Of a stretch of DNA of 64,000 nt, positions 20,106-29,696 are shown in pieces. The stretch is from Vicinamibacteria bacterium (GTDB taxonomy: Bacteria > Acidobacteriota > Vicinamibacteria > Marinacidobacterales > Marinacidobacteraceae). The notes under the pieces were generated by a model. The model made no database searches. It had not been told where the DNA came from and was given only the letters and a program-made list of their open reading frames with translations. Both the position numbers and the translations under genes were made by a program. Each line of letters starts with the position of its first letter. Position 1 is the stretch's first letter. Location of the stretch: assembly GCA_965199715.1 (NCBI GenBank), contig OZ241322.1:800001-864000 (forward strand), in the 5' to 3' direction.

Positions 20106-22567
20106 CGGACCACGAGGTTCACGAGCCGGTCGGGCACGACGATCACCCGGGCGAACTCCCGTCCGGCGACGGCGCGGACCACCCCCGGATGCTCCTTCGC
20201 CAGCTCGCCGAGGCGGTCGCGCTCGAGCCCGACCGGCGCCTTGATCCGGGCGCGGAGCTTGCCGTTGACCTGGACCGCGACCTCGACCTCCTCCTCCCGG
20301 GCGAGATCCTCGTGGCACTCCGGCCACGGCGCTTCGACCAGCATGCCCTCTCCGCCGAGCCGCTCCCACAGCTCCTCGGTCAGGTGGGGAGCCATCGGGT
20401 TGAGGAGCGTCAGGATGGTCTCGGCCGCCTCCCGCGCCGCGCGCCGCGCGCCATCCGTCTCGGCCTTCGGCAGGCGGGCGTGGAGCGCGTTCCACAGCTC
20501 CATGATCCGGGCGATCGCGGTGTTCGGATGGATGCGCTCGCCGAGGTCCCGGGTGACCGCCGCGATCGTCTGATGCGTCCGCCGGCGGAGCGCGACGTCC
20601 TCGGGAGCGAAGTCCTCGTCGCCCGACGGCGGCTGCGTCGAGGCGAGCCACGGAGCGTCGCCGGGAAAGGCGCGGTCAAGGCGGCGGAGGAAGCGGGCCG
20701 GCCCGCCCAGGCGGGCGTCGGTCCAGTCCATTTCCTTCTCGGGCGGCGCCTCGAACAGGACGTAGAGCCGGATCGCGTCGGCCCCGTGCTTCTCGACGGC
20801 CTCGTCGGGATCCACGACGTTCCCCTTGCTCTTGGACATCTTGGCCCCGTCCTTGACGACCATGCCCTGGCTGAGCTGGCGGACCACCGGCTCCTTCACA
20901 TGCACGAGGCCGAGGTCGTGCATCATCCGGGTCCAGAAGCGGCAGTAGATCAAGTGGAGGATGGCGTGCTCCACGCCGCCGATGTAGAGGTCGATCGGGA
21001 ACCACGCCCGCGCCCGCTCGGCGTCGAACGGCGCCTCGTCGTTCCGCGCGTCGAGGTAGCGGTAGAAGTACCAGGACGAATCCACGAAGGTGTCCATCGT
21101 GTCCGTCTCGCGCCGGGCGGCCTTGCCGCACCGGGGGCAGTCCACTTCGAGGAACGCGGCGCTGCGGGCGAGGGCCGAGCCGCCCTTGCCGGTGATCTCG
21201 ACGTCCCGCGGAAGCTCGACCGGAAGGTCCGCCTCCGGCACCGGAACCGCGTCGCAGTCGTCGCAGTGGATCATCGGGATCGGCGTGCCCCAGTACCGCT
21301 GGCGCGAAACGCCCCAGTCGCGGAAGCGCCAGGTGGTCCGAGCCTCGCCGAAGCCCTCCGCCGCCGCGTGCGCGGTCATCGCGTCGCGCGCCTCCTCGGT
21401 GGGCAACCCGCTGAACCAGCCCGAGTCCACGACGGTGCCGTACTCGACGAAGGCCGCGTCCTGGTTGTCCGCCTCGCCGTCCGAGTCGTTCGGGACGACC
21501 ACGGTGCGGATCTCGAGGCCGTAGCGGCGGGCGAACTCGTGGTCGCGCTCGTCGTGCGCCGGAACCGCCATGACCGCCCCGGTCCCGTACTCCATGAGCA
21601 CGTAGTCGCCGACCCAGATCGGGATCTCCTCGCCGGAGAAGGGGTTCACCGCCCGGACCGGGGTCGGGACGCCGGTCTTCCCGACCTCGAGCCGATCGCT
21701 TCCGGCGCGGTGCGCCTCGACCCGGGCCACGTATTCGCGCACCTGCGAGTCGTCTTTCGCGATCTCCTCGGTCGCCGGATGCTGCGGCGCGAGGACCAGC
21801 GCGGTGGCCCCGTAGATGGTGTCCACCCGGGTGGTGAAGACCGCGATCTCCCGGTCCAGCGCCGGAACCCGGAAGCGGACCTCGGCGCCGGTGGAGCGTC
21901 CGATCCAGTTCCGCTGGAGCGTGCGGACGGTCTGGGGCCAGCCGGGCATGCCGTCGAGCGCGTCGAGGAGGTCGGGCGCGTAGTCGGTGATGCGCAGGAA
22001 CCACTGCGGCAGCTCGCGCAGCTCGACCGGCGAGTCGCAGCGCCAGCAGGCGTCGGCGACGACCTGTTCGTTCGCGAGCACGGTCTCGCAGTCGGGGCAC
22101 CAGTTGACTTCGCCGTTCTTCCGATAGGCGAGGCCCTTCTCCCACATCTTGAGGAAGAACCACTGGTTCCAGCGGTAATAGGAGGGATCGCAGGTGGCGA
22201 ACTCCCGGTCCCAGTCGTAGCCGAAGCCGAGCCGCCGGAGCTGGCGACGCATGTGGTCGATGTTCTCGTGGGTCCAATCGTGCGGGTGCGCGCCCTGCTT
22301 CAGCGCCGCGTTCTCGGCCGGCAACCCGAGCGCGTCCCACCCGATCGGGTGCATCACCGAAAAGCCGCGCCGCTTCAGGAAGCGGGCGACCGCGTCGCCA
22401 ATCGTGTAGTTCCGCACATGGCCCATGTGGATGCGCCCGGACGGATAGGGCAGCATCTCGAGGCAGTAGAAGCGCGGCCCGTCGGGGACGTCCGGCGCGC
22501 GGAAGGCCCCCGCCTTCTCCCAGCGCTCCTGCCAGCGCAGCTCGATGCTCTCGTGGTTCGCGCTCAT
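20102..22567 (-). CDS. leuS: Leucine--tRNA ligase
   Basis: 'PYPSG.IHMGH', 'KMSKS', editing domain 'GTGAVMAVPAHDERD'. Confidence 0.98.
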   Translation of the reverse strand: MSANHESIELRWQERWEKAGAFRAPDVPDGPRFYCLEMLPYPSGRIHMGHVRNYTIGDAVARFLKRRGFSVMHPIGWDALGLPAENAALKQGAHPHDWTHENIDHMRRQLRRLGFGYDWDREFATCDPSYYRWNQWFFLKMWEKGLAYRKNGEVNWCPDCETVLANEQVVADACWRCDSPVELRELPQWFLRITDYAPDLLDALDGMPGWPQTVRTLQRNWIGRSTGAEVRFRVPALDREIAVFTTRVDTIYGATALVLAPQHPATEEIAKDDSQVREYVARVEAHRAGSDRLEVGKTGVPTPVRAVNPFSGEEIPIWVGDYVLMEYGTGAVMAVPAHDERDHEFARRYGLEIRTVVVPNDSDGEADNQDAAFVEYGTVVDSGWFSGLPTEEARDAMTAHAAAEGFGEARTTWRFRDWGVSRQRYWGTPIPMIHCDDCDAVPVPEADLPVELPRDVEITGKGGSALARSAAFLEVDCPRCGKAARRETDTMDTFVDSSWYFYRYLDARNDEAPFDAERARAWFPIDLYIGGVEHAILHLIYCRFWTRMMHDLGLVHVKEPVVRQLSQGMVVKDGAKMSKSKGNVVDPDEAVEKHGADAIRLYVLFEAPPEKEMDWTDARLGGPARFLRRLDRAFPGDAPWLASTQPPSGDEDFAPEDVALRRRTHQTIAAVTRDLGERIHPNTAIARIMELWNALHARLPKAETDGARRAAREAAETILTLLNPMAPHLTEELWERLGGEGMLVEAPWPECHEDLAREEEVEVAVQVNGKLRARIKAPVGLERDRLGELAKEHPGVVRAVAGREFARVIVVPDRLVNLVVR

Positions 22568-23601
22568 GTCGGGTCGGTCGGCGCCGGAGTGTAGCCGCCT
22601 CCGGCGAGGGTCTTGGCGAGCAGCGAGCCGCTCGGAATCCGGTCGAGGTCGGCCTCGGAAACGAAGCGTCCGGGCGGCGGTTTCGGGCCGTCGAGCGCGG
22701 CCCGGAACGGGATGACTCGATACCGGCGATTCATGATCGCGTGCCGGAATTCCGGCAGCGGCGCGAGGCCGCGGACGCGCATCCCGTAGCCCCGCGCGAC
22801 CCGTCGAAGCGCGGCCTCGGGCTCCTCGCCGGGGCGGCACGCGCCGCCAGGAAGCTCCCACATTCCTTCGAGCGGCGGCTCGGTCCGACGGAACACGAGC
22901 ACCCGGCCCTCGGCGTCCGCGACCACCGCCTCGACGAACCGCACCCGCTCGGGGCTCGGGCGCGGCGGCCGCTCGGGATATGCATCGACGCAGCCCTCGG
23001 CGCGGGCCGCGCAGACGCTCTCGACGGGGCATGCGCCGCAGCGCGGGGAGCGGGGAAGGCAGACGAGCGCGCCGAGCTCCATGAGCGCCTGGTTCCACTC
23101 GCCGGGATCCTCCGCGCCGCCCGACTCCATCAGCCGCGCCGCGGCGGAGCGCACGTCCCGGCCGGAGATCCGGAACCAGCGCGCGAGCACCCGGACGACG
23201 TTGCCGTCAATCGCCGGGACCGGCTCGCCGAAGGCGATCGAGGCCACGGCGGAAGCGGTGTACTCCCCGACTCCGGGGAGTTCCTTCAGGCCCGCGGCGT
23301 CGCGGGGGAAGCCGTCCGCCTCGATCATGCGGGCCGTTCGGTGGAGGAACCGGGCGCGCCGGTAGTAGCCGAGCCCCGACCACGCGGCCACGGCGTCGTC
23401 CTCGGCGACTCGGGCGAGGCTCGCCGGATCGGGAAAGCGCTCCACGAAGGCCCGGTAGCGGTGCTCCATGGCCCGGACCCGAGTCTGCTGCAGCATGAAC
23501 TCGGACACGAGGACGCGCCACGGGTCGGGCCCGTCGCGGAAGGCGAGCGGACGCCGGCGGCGGCGGAACCAGTCCCGAAGCGCCCGCGCGGCGTCCGTCA
23601 G
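22564..23601 (-). CDS. mutY: A/G-specific adenine glycosylase
   Basis: 'VSEFMLQQT', 'WSGLGYYRRA', HhH 'LPGVGEYTA', Fe-S 'C..R.PRCGACPV...C', NUDIX-like tail; likely CTG start. Confidence 0.92.
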   Translation of the reverse strand: MTDAARALRDWFRRRRRPLAFRDGPDPWRVLVSEFMLQQTRVRAMEHRYRAFVERFPDPASLARVAEDDAVAAWSGLGYYRRARFLHRTARMIEADGFPRDAAGLKELPGVGEYTASAVASIAFGEPVPAIDGNVVRVLARWFRISGRDVRSAAARLMESGGAEDPGEWNQALMELGALVCLPRSPRCGACPVESVCAARAEGCVDAYPERPPRPSPERVRFVEAVVADAEGRVLVFRRTEPPLEGMWELPGGACRPGEEPEAALRRVARGYGMRVRGLAPLPEFRHAIMNRRYRVIPFRAALDGPKPPPGRFVSEADLDRIPSGSLLAKTLAGGGYTPAPTDPT

Positions 23602-24599
23602 TCGAGCAGCGCCTCGCCGATCCGGCGGTAGTAGCCGACGGCGTCCACCAGATCGCTCTTCGCCACGGTCTCGTCGGCGGTGTGCGCGTCGTGAATGCTC
23701 CCCGGGCCGATCAGCAGCGGGACGCCCCAGCGGTCCATGAAGGGAATGTCGGTCGAGTACTTCACCGCGGTCGTCTCGAAGCCGGGGAGCGTGCGGCAGT
23801 GGACGGCGTCGTTCAGGCCGACCAGCTCGAAGCTGGTCCGCGGCTCGGCCCGAAGCAGCGACTCGACGCGCTGGCGGGCCGGATCGGCCTCGCCGACGAG
23901 CCGCCAGTAGAGCGTCGCGGCCGCGTGGGGCGCGAGCACGTTGCCCGCCACGCCGCCGGAGATCTCGCCCACGTTCAGGGTGACCTCGCCGAGCGCGCCG
24001 CGCTCCCATTCGAGGGCGCGGAGGCGCTCGAGGAGCCCGAGCAGCCGATGGATCGCCGAATCCCCGACCTCCGGGTAGGAGGAGTGCGCCGGAGTTCCCT
24101 CGATCTTGATCTTGATCCGCAGCGTGCCCTTGTGGCCGAGCGCCATGACGCCTTCGGTGGGCTCGCCGCAGACGAGGTGCCCGCGCCCGGAGCCGCGGGG
24201 ATTGAGGTGGATCGCTCCGGCGCTGTCCACCTCCTCGCCCACGGTGAACACGAGGCCGAGGCCGGTCGCGCCGGCGTCCACGAGCTCCCGCGCCGCGAAC
24301 AGCATCGAGGCGAGGACGCCCTTGGCGTCGCACGAGCCCCGCCCGCCGATGCGCGTCCCGGTCTCGTTCGAGGGGAAGAACGGCGGCACCGTGTCGAGGT
24401 GGGTGCAGAACCAGACGTTCGGCTCGCCGCCGGGATGGCGCGCGATCAGGTTCGGCCGGCCGGGAGCGATCTCGTCGCGCTCCACCGCGAGGCCGATGGC
24501 CTCGAGGTCGGCTCCCACGCGCTCGGCCACGGCCGCCTCGTCGCCGGTGACCGACGGGATGTCCACGATCTCGCGGACGTAGCGGAACAGCGCGTCCAT
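23598..24599 (-). CDS. M20 family metallopeptidase (ArgE/DapE-like)
   Basis: 'THLDTVPP', 'GRGSCDAKG', 'GEE', 'GEPT', 'AHT..E'. Confidence 0.9.
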   Translation of the reverse strand: MDALFRYVREIVDIPSVTGDEAAVAERVGADLEAIGLAVERDEIAPGRPNLIARHPGGEPNVWFCTHLDTVPPFFPSNETGTRIGGRGSCDAKGVLASMLFAARELVDAGATGLGLVFTVGEEVDSAGAIHLNPRGSGRGHLVCGEPTEGVMALGHKGTLRIKIKIEGTPAHSSYPEVGDSAIHRLLGLLERLRALEWERGALGEVTLNVGEISGGVAGNVLAPHAAATLYWRLVGEADPARQRVESLLRAEPRTSFELVGLNDAVHCRTLPGFETTAVKYSTDIPFMDRWGVPLLIGPGSIHDAHTADETVAKSDLVDAVGYYRRIGEALLD

Positions 24600-24602
24600 G
24601 GG

Positions 24603-25844
24603 TCAGCCCGCCTCGCCAATGATGAGCGAGGCGTTCATCCCGCCGAACCCGAAGGAGTTCGAGAGCATCGTCTCGAGGCGGGCCGGCCGGGCCTCGTTCG
24701 GCACCACGTCCAGTTGGCAATCGGGGTCCGGATCCTCGTAGTTGATCGTCGGGGTCATGACCTGGTGCTTGAGCGACAGGCAGCAGATCGCGGCCTCGAG
24801 CCCGCCGGCGGCGCCCAGCAGGTGCCCGGTCATGGACTTCGACGAGCTCACCGGCGTCCGGTCGAGCGCCTCGCCGAAGACCGTGCGCAGCGCCTTGGTC
24901 TCGGTGGCGTCGTTCAGCTTGGTGGAGGTGCCGTGGGCGTTCACCGCGCTGATCGCGGCGGGGTCGAGGCCGCTCTCGTCGAGCGCGGCGCGCATCGCCC
25001 GGACCGCGCCGTTTCCGTCTTCGGCGGGCGCGGTGGCGTGGAAGGCGTCCGCGCTCATGCCGTAGCCGAGGATTTCGGCGATCGGCTCGGCGCCGCGCCG
25101 AAGCGCGCGTTCGCGCTCCTCGAGGATGAGGACGCCGGCGCCCTCGCCCACGACGAAGCCGTCGCGCCCCCGGTCGAACGGTCGCGAGGCCCGCTCGGGC
25201 GCGTCGTTGCGGGTCGAGAGCGCCCGCATCGAGGCGAACCCGCCGACGCCGAGCGCGGTGATCGTGGCCTCGGCGCCGCCCGCCACCATCGCGTCGGCGT
25301 AGCCGTGGCGGATCTGGCGGAAGGCGTCGCCGATCGCGTGCGCGCCCGCGGCGCAGGCGGTCGCCGGAGCCGTGCTCGGCCCGGCGGCGCCGAAGCGGAT
25401 CGAGACCTGCCCGGCGGCGAGGTTCACGACCATCGCCGGAATGAAGAAGGGCGAGATCCGGCGCGGGCCGCGCTCGCGCAGCTTCGTGTGCTCGTTCTCG
25501 AAGGTCTCGAAGCCGCCGATGCCCGACGCGATGACGACCCCGACCCGGGCCGGGTCGGCGACGGGAAGCGCAAGCCCGGCGTCCTCCGCCGCCATGAGCG
25601 AGGCCGCCACCGCGAAGTGGGTGAAGCGGTCCATCTTGCGGACGTCCCGCCGCCCGATGAAGTCCGCGGGCTCGAATCCCTTGACCTCGCACGCGAACCG
25701 CACCGAGAAGGCCTCGGCGTCGAAACGGGTGATCGGCCCGGCGCCGGACCGGCCCGCGAGCAGGCCCTCCCACGTGGGGGCGGTCCCGACGCCGAGCGGC
25801 GAGATCGCCCCGACGCCGGTGACGACGACGCGTCTTGGGGTCAT
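24603..25844 (-). CDS. fabF: 3-oxoacyl-ACP synthase II
   Basis: 'TACAAG', 'NAHGTST', 'GHLLGAAG', 'NSFGFGG'. Confidence 0.97.
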   Translation of the reverse strand: MTPRRVVVTGVGAISPLGVGTAPTWEGLLAGRSGAGPITRFDAEAFSVRFACEVKGFEPADFIGRRDVRKMDRFTHFAVAASLMAAEDAGLALPVADPARVGVVIASGIGGFETFENEHTKLRERGPRRISPFFIPAMVVNLAAGQVSIRFGAAGPSTAPATACAAGAHAIGDAFRQIRHGYADAMVAGGAEATITALGVGGFASMRALSTRNDAPERASRPFDRGRDGFVVGEGAGVLILEERERALRRGAEPIAEILGYGMSADAFHATAPAEDGNGAVRAMRAALDESGLDPAAISAVNAHGTSTKLNDATETKALRTVFGEALDRTPVSSSKSMTGHLLGAAGGLEAAICCLSLKHQVMTPTINYEDPDPDCQLDVVPNEARPARLETMLSNSFGFGGMNASLIIGEAG

Positions 25845-25860
25845 GGCCTCCGGTTGCGGC

Positions 25861-26133
25861 TCAGCCCTTGAGCCGCTGCTCGATGAACCCGATCGAGTCG
25901 CCCACGTTCTGGATGCGCTCGGCCTGGTCCTCGGAGATCTCGATTCCGAACTCCTCCTCGAGCGCCATCATCAGCTCCACCATGTCGAGCGAGTCGGCGT
26001 TGAGGTCGTTCACGAAGGTGGCGTCGTCGGTCACCTCGGAGGCGGACACCGAGAGCTGTTCGCAGATGATCTCGGCCACTCGGTCGCGGATGGACTCCTC
26101 CGCCTCGGGCCGGCCGTTTGTTGTTTCGGACAT
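25861..26133 (-). CDS. acpP: Acyl carrier protein
   Basis: 'DLNADSLDMVEL'. Confidence 0.97.
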   Translation of the reverse strand: MSETTNGRPEAEESIRDRVAEIICEQLSVSASEVTDDATFVNDLNADSLDMVELMMALEEEFGIEISEDQAERIQNVGDSIGFIEQRLKG

Positions 26134-26176
26134 GGGGTCTCCTGTGTCGGGATGCGGCGGCTGCGGCCTCCGCGGG

Positions 26177-26911
26177 CTAGAGCGCGAGACCTCCGTGGAT
26201 CTCGAGTACGGAACCGGTGACGTAGCTGGCCGCCGGGGAGGCGAGGAACGCGGCGGCCGCCGCCACCTCGTCGGGCGTACCGTAGCGCCGCATCGCGATC
26301 CGCTTCACCGCCTCGGTCCGCGCCGCCTCGGGAAGGCCGTCGGTCATGGCGGTCCGGATGAATCCCGGCGCGATGGCGTTCACGGTGACGTTGCGCCGCG
26401 CCACTTCCTTCGCGAGCGCCCGGGTGAAGCCGATGATTCCGGCCTTGGACGCGGTGTACGCGGTCTGGCCGGCGTTGCCCCGAAGCGCCACGATCGAGCT
26501 CAGGTTCACGATGCGCCCGTAGCGGGCGCGGATCATGGGCCGGATCGCGGCCCGACAGGCGACGTAGAGCCCGTCGAGGTTCGCGCCCAGCACGGCGCGC
26601 CAGGCCTCGAACGACTGCGAGGCGAGAAGGCCGTCGCGGGTGATCCCCGCGTTGTTCACGAGGACCTGGAGCCCGCCGCCGTCGGCGACGACCTGGCCGA
26701 CGGCCGCCTGGACCGACTCCGGATCGGCGAGGTCCATGCCGATCCCGTGGACCTCGCCGTCCATTTCTTCGGCGACGACGGCGGCGCGCTCGGCGTCCGT
26801 GCCGGTGAGCCACACGCGGGCGCCGGCCCCGGCGAGGCGCTCGGCGACGGCGCGGCCGATGCCGCGGGTTCCCCCGGTGACGAGGGCGATCTGGCCTTCG
26901 ATTCCGCTCAT
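26177..26911 (-). CDS. fabG: 3-oxoacyl-ACP reductase
   Basis: 'TGGTRGIG', 'NNAGITRD', 'YTASK'. Confidence 0.95.
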   Translation of the reverse strand: MSGIEGQIALVTGGTRGIGRAVAERLAGAGARVWLTGTDAERAAVVAEEMDGEVHGIGMDLADPESVQAAVGQVVADGGGLQVLVNNAGITRDGLLASQSFEAWRAVLGANLDGLYVACRAAIRPMIRARYGRIVNLSSIVALRGNAGQTAYTASKAGIIGFTRALAKEVARRNVTVNAIAPGFIRTAMTDGLPEAARTEAVKRIAMRRYGTPDEVAAAAAFLASPAASYVTGSVLEIHGGLAL

Positions 26912-27840
26912 GCGGCGAAACGCTCCAGATCCTCGGGAGCGGCGACCGCGAAGCGATCCACTCCGCGCATCGCCCGCCGGGCGAGTCCGGTGAGCACCTT
27001 CCCCTCGCCGACCTCCACGACGGACGTGACGCCGGCCTCGACGAGCCCGCGCTGGATCTCCTCCCAGCGAACCGGGGCCTCCACCTGGCGCTTCAGGCCG
27101 TCCCGGACCGCCTCCGCGTCCCGCACCGGCGCGGCGTCCGCGTTGTTCCACAGCGGAACCGAGAGATCCCGGAAGTCGGCCGCGTCGAGATGCGGCGCGA
27201 GCCCGGCCGCGGCGGGGGCCATGAGGCGAGTGTGGAAGGGGGCGCTCACCGGGAGCCGCACCGTGCGCCGCGCGCCGGCGTCGCGCAGGCGCGCCTCGGC
27301 GGCCTCGACCGGCGCGACCTCGCCGCCGATCACGACCTGGCCGGCGCCGTTGAAGTTGGCCGGCTCGACCACCCCGCCCATCTCCGCCTCGACCTCGCGG
27401 AGGATCCGGACGACTTCCCCGGCGTCGAGGCCGAGCACCGCCGCCATCGCGCCCGTGCCCTCGGGGGCGGCCGCCTGCATCAGGTCACCGCGCATCCGGG
27501 TGAGGCGCAGCGCGTCGGCGAAGCGCAGCCCGCCCGCCGCGACCACCGCGCTGTACTCGCCGAGGCTGTGCCCGGCCACCGCGTCGAAACTCGCCGCGCC
27601 GCGCGCCTGAAGCGCCCGGAGCGCGGCGACGCTGACCGTGAGCAGCGCCGGCTGGCTGTTTCGGGTGCGGGTCAGCTCCTCCGCCGATCCCTCGAACACG
27701 AGCTGCGCGAACGGCTCGCCCAATACGTCGTCCGCTTCCTCGAACACGTGGCGCGCCTCGGGGAAGGCGTCGTGGAGGGCGCGCCCCATTCCCGGCCGCT
27801 GGGAGCCCTGGCCCGGAAAGACGAAGGCGATCCGGCTCAA
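26908..27840 (-). CDS. fabD: Malonyl-CoA-ACP transacylase
   Basis: 'FPGQGSQ', 'GHSLGEY', 'SAPFH'; TTG start overlapping the rpmF stop. Confidence 0.95.
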   Translation of the reverse strand: MSRIAFVFPGQGSQRPGMGRALHDAFPEARHVFEEADDVLGEPFAQLVFEGSAEELTRTRNSQPALLTVSVAALRALQARGAASFDAVAGHSLGEYSAVVAAGGLRFADALRLTRMRGDLMQAAAPEGTGAMAAVLGLDAGEVVRILREVEAEMGGVVEPANFNGAGQVVIGGEVAPVEAAEARLRDAGARRTVRLPVSAPFHTRLMAPAAAGLAPHLDAADFRDLSVPLWNNADAAPVRDAEAVRDGLKRQVEAPVRWEEIQRGLVEAGVTSVVEVGEGKVLTGLARRAMRGVDRFAVAAPEDLERFAA

Positions 27841-28022
27841 GATGCGCTGTTGCCCTCGACCGCCTTGCGGCCCCGGTAGGTTCCGCAGTGCGGGCAGACC
27901 ACGTGGGGGCGGATCAGGTTCTGGCAGTCGTTGCACACGGACATGCCGGGAACCGCGAGCCCGTCGTGGGCCCGCCGCATGTTGCGCCGGGAGCGGGAGT
28001 GCCGTCGCTTGGGATGGGGCAT
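27837..28022 (-). CDS. rpmF: 50S ribosomal protein L32 (Zn-ribbon form)
   Basis: 'PKRRHSRSR', 'CNDC...PHVVCPHCG.Y'. Confidence 0.95.
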   Translation of the reverse strand: MPHPKRRHSRSRRNMRRAHDGLAVPGMSVCNDCQNLIRPHVVCPHCGTYRGRKAVEGNSAS

Positions 28023-28061
28023 CGCTTGAATCCTCCTTGTCTCGAACGGGTCGTCGCCGGC

Positions 28062-28649
28062 TCAGCGCGAGCCGAGCAGTTCCCGGAGGCCGCCGAAGGC
28101 TCCTCCGCCGGAATCCGCCGCGTCGCACCGGCAGCGGGAGTCCAGATTCCGGTTCTCGCCGCAACCGGGGCACAGGCCGCGGCACGCGGACGCGCACAGA
28201 GGCTGGAACGGGAGGGCCAAGTGACTCTGTTCCCAGACGGTTTCGGCGAGTAGCAACCGGTCCCCGGTGAAGAACGAGACGTTCATTTCATCCTCGCCCA
28301 ACCCCTGCTCGCCGCCGGAGCGGCTGCGCGCGGAACCCGATGCGGCGGGATGATAGCCGGAATCCGCGCCTCCCGGCAGGAACACGAGGTCCAGCGGCTC
28401 GGCGATGGCGAAGCGGAACGGCTCGAGACAGCGCACGCACTCGAGCCCCACGTCGCCCTCCAGCTCGCCCACGAGGCGGAAGCCGCCGCCCTGAACCCTT
28501 CCGATGCGGCCCGAGAGCCGCAGCGGCCCGCCCAAGTCGAAGCCCGCCTCGCCGAAGTCGAGGTCGGCCGCCGAGGCGGTGAGGTCGAAGGACAGCCCGT
28601 GCTCCGGGATCTGGGCCGGATCCACGGAAAACCGGGGCCGCTCGGGCAT
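28062..28649 (-). CDS. DUF177/YceD family protein
   Basis: 'CVRCL', 'PLCASACRGLCPGCG.NRN'; directly upstream of rpmF. Confidence 0.9.
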   Translation of the reverse strand: MPERPRFSVDPAQIPEHGLSFDLTASAADLDFGEAGFDLGGPLRLSGRIGRVQGGGFRLVGELEGDVGLECVRCLEPFRFAIAEPLDLVFLPGGADSGYHPAASGSARSRSGGEQGLGEDEMNVSFFTGDRLLLAETVWEQSHLALPFQPLCASACRGLCPGCGENRNLDSRCRCDAADSGGGAFGGLRELLGSR

Positions 28650-28706
28650 CGCCAAGCCAGTCTATCCCCGCTCCGCCGGGTTCGCGGGGTTGCATACAAT
28701 CGGCCC

Positions 28707-29660
28707 ATGCGTCAGGTTCTCGGGCTGTTCCTTGTGTCTCTCATGGGATGCGAGGCCGAGGTTCCGCCCGAGCCGGAGCGGCAACCCTGGCAGTGGACCG
28801 AGGCCGAATGGCGGGCGCCCATCGAGGCCGTGCGCGCGGGGCGGCGGCTCGCCCCCGAGTCGTGGCCGGGCGGAGCCAGGGTCGCGGTGACGCTGTCCTT
28901 CGACTTCGACAACGAAACGGTCTCGCTGCGCGACAACGTGACCACGGCGTCGAACCTCTCGCGCGGCCAGTACGGCGCGGTCGCCGGCCTTCCCCGCGTG
29001 CTGGACCTGCTCGAGCGCAAGGAAATTCCGGCCAGCTTCTTCATCCCCGCGGTCAGCGCCCTGATCTACCCCGACGACGTGCGGGCGATCGCCGGCGCCG
29101 GACACGAGATCGGCGTGCACGGCTGGATCCACGAGCGCAACTCGCTGATTCCCGGCGACGTCGAGCGCGAGCTCATCGAGCGGTCCATCGAGACGCTGAC
29201 CGAACTCTCCGGCACGCGACCGGTCGGGATGCGGACCCCGTCGTGGGACTACAGCCCGAACACCCTCCAGATCGTCCGCGATCTCGGGTTCCTGTACGAC
29301 TCCAGCCTGATGGCCGACGACTGGCCCTACGAGATCGTCGCGAACGGCGAACCGACCGGAGTCGTCGAGCTTCCGGTCGAGTGGATCAACGACGACGCCC
29401 CGTACTTCGGCTTCAGCCGCTACGCGGCGATCCGGCCCCACAGCACGCCCGACGACGTGCTTTCGATCTGGCGGGCCGAGTTCGACGTGGCCCACCAGGA
29501 GGGCGGGATGTTCCTGCTGACGATGCACCCGCACGTCATCGGGCACCGCTCCCGCATCGTGATGCTGGAGAAACTGATCGACCACATGAACGCCGTCGGA
29601 GACGTCTGGTACGCGACCCACGAGCAGGTCGCCCGCTACGCGCTCGCGAACAGCCAGTAG
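28707..29660 (+). CDS. Polysaccharide deacetylase family (CE4) lipoprotein
   Basis: 'SFDFD', 'HEIGVHGWIH', 'RTPSW', 'LTMHPH'; lipobox-like 'SLMGC'. Confidence 0.88.
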   Translation: MRQVLGLFLVSLMGCEAEVPPEPERQPWQWTEAEWRAPIEAVRAGRRLAPESWPGGARVAVTLSFDFDNETVSLRDNVTTASNLSRGQYGAVAGLPRVLDLLERKEIPASFFIPAVSALIYPDDVRAIAGAGHEIGVHGWIHERNSLIPGDVERELIERSIETLTELSGTRPVGMRTPSWDYSPNTLQIVRDLGFLYDSSLMADDWPYEIVANGEPTGVVELPVEWINDDAPYFGFSRYAAIRPHSTPDDVLSIWRAEFDVAHQEGGMFLLTMHPHVIGHRSRIVMLEKLIDHMNAVGDVWYATHEQVARYALANSQ

Positions 29661-29696
29661 AGCGCCCCGGACGCGTTTCCGGGGGAAGGACGCACC

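Noticed and set aside
22564-25773. Apparent 1069-aa MutY fusion (similarly 644-aa EpmA and 1552-aa CocE ORFs)
   Set aside because: The N-terminal extensions are off-frame overlaps of upstream genes
24603-27840. Type II PKS cluster
   Set aside because: Ordinary fabD-fabG-acpP-fabF next to rpmF; no chain-length factor or cyclases
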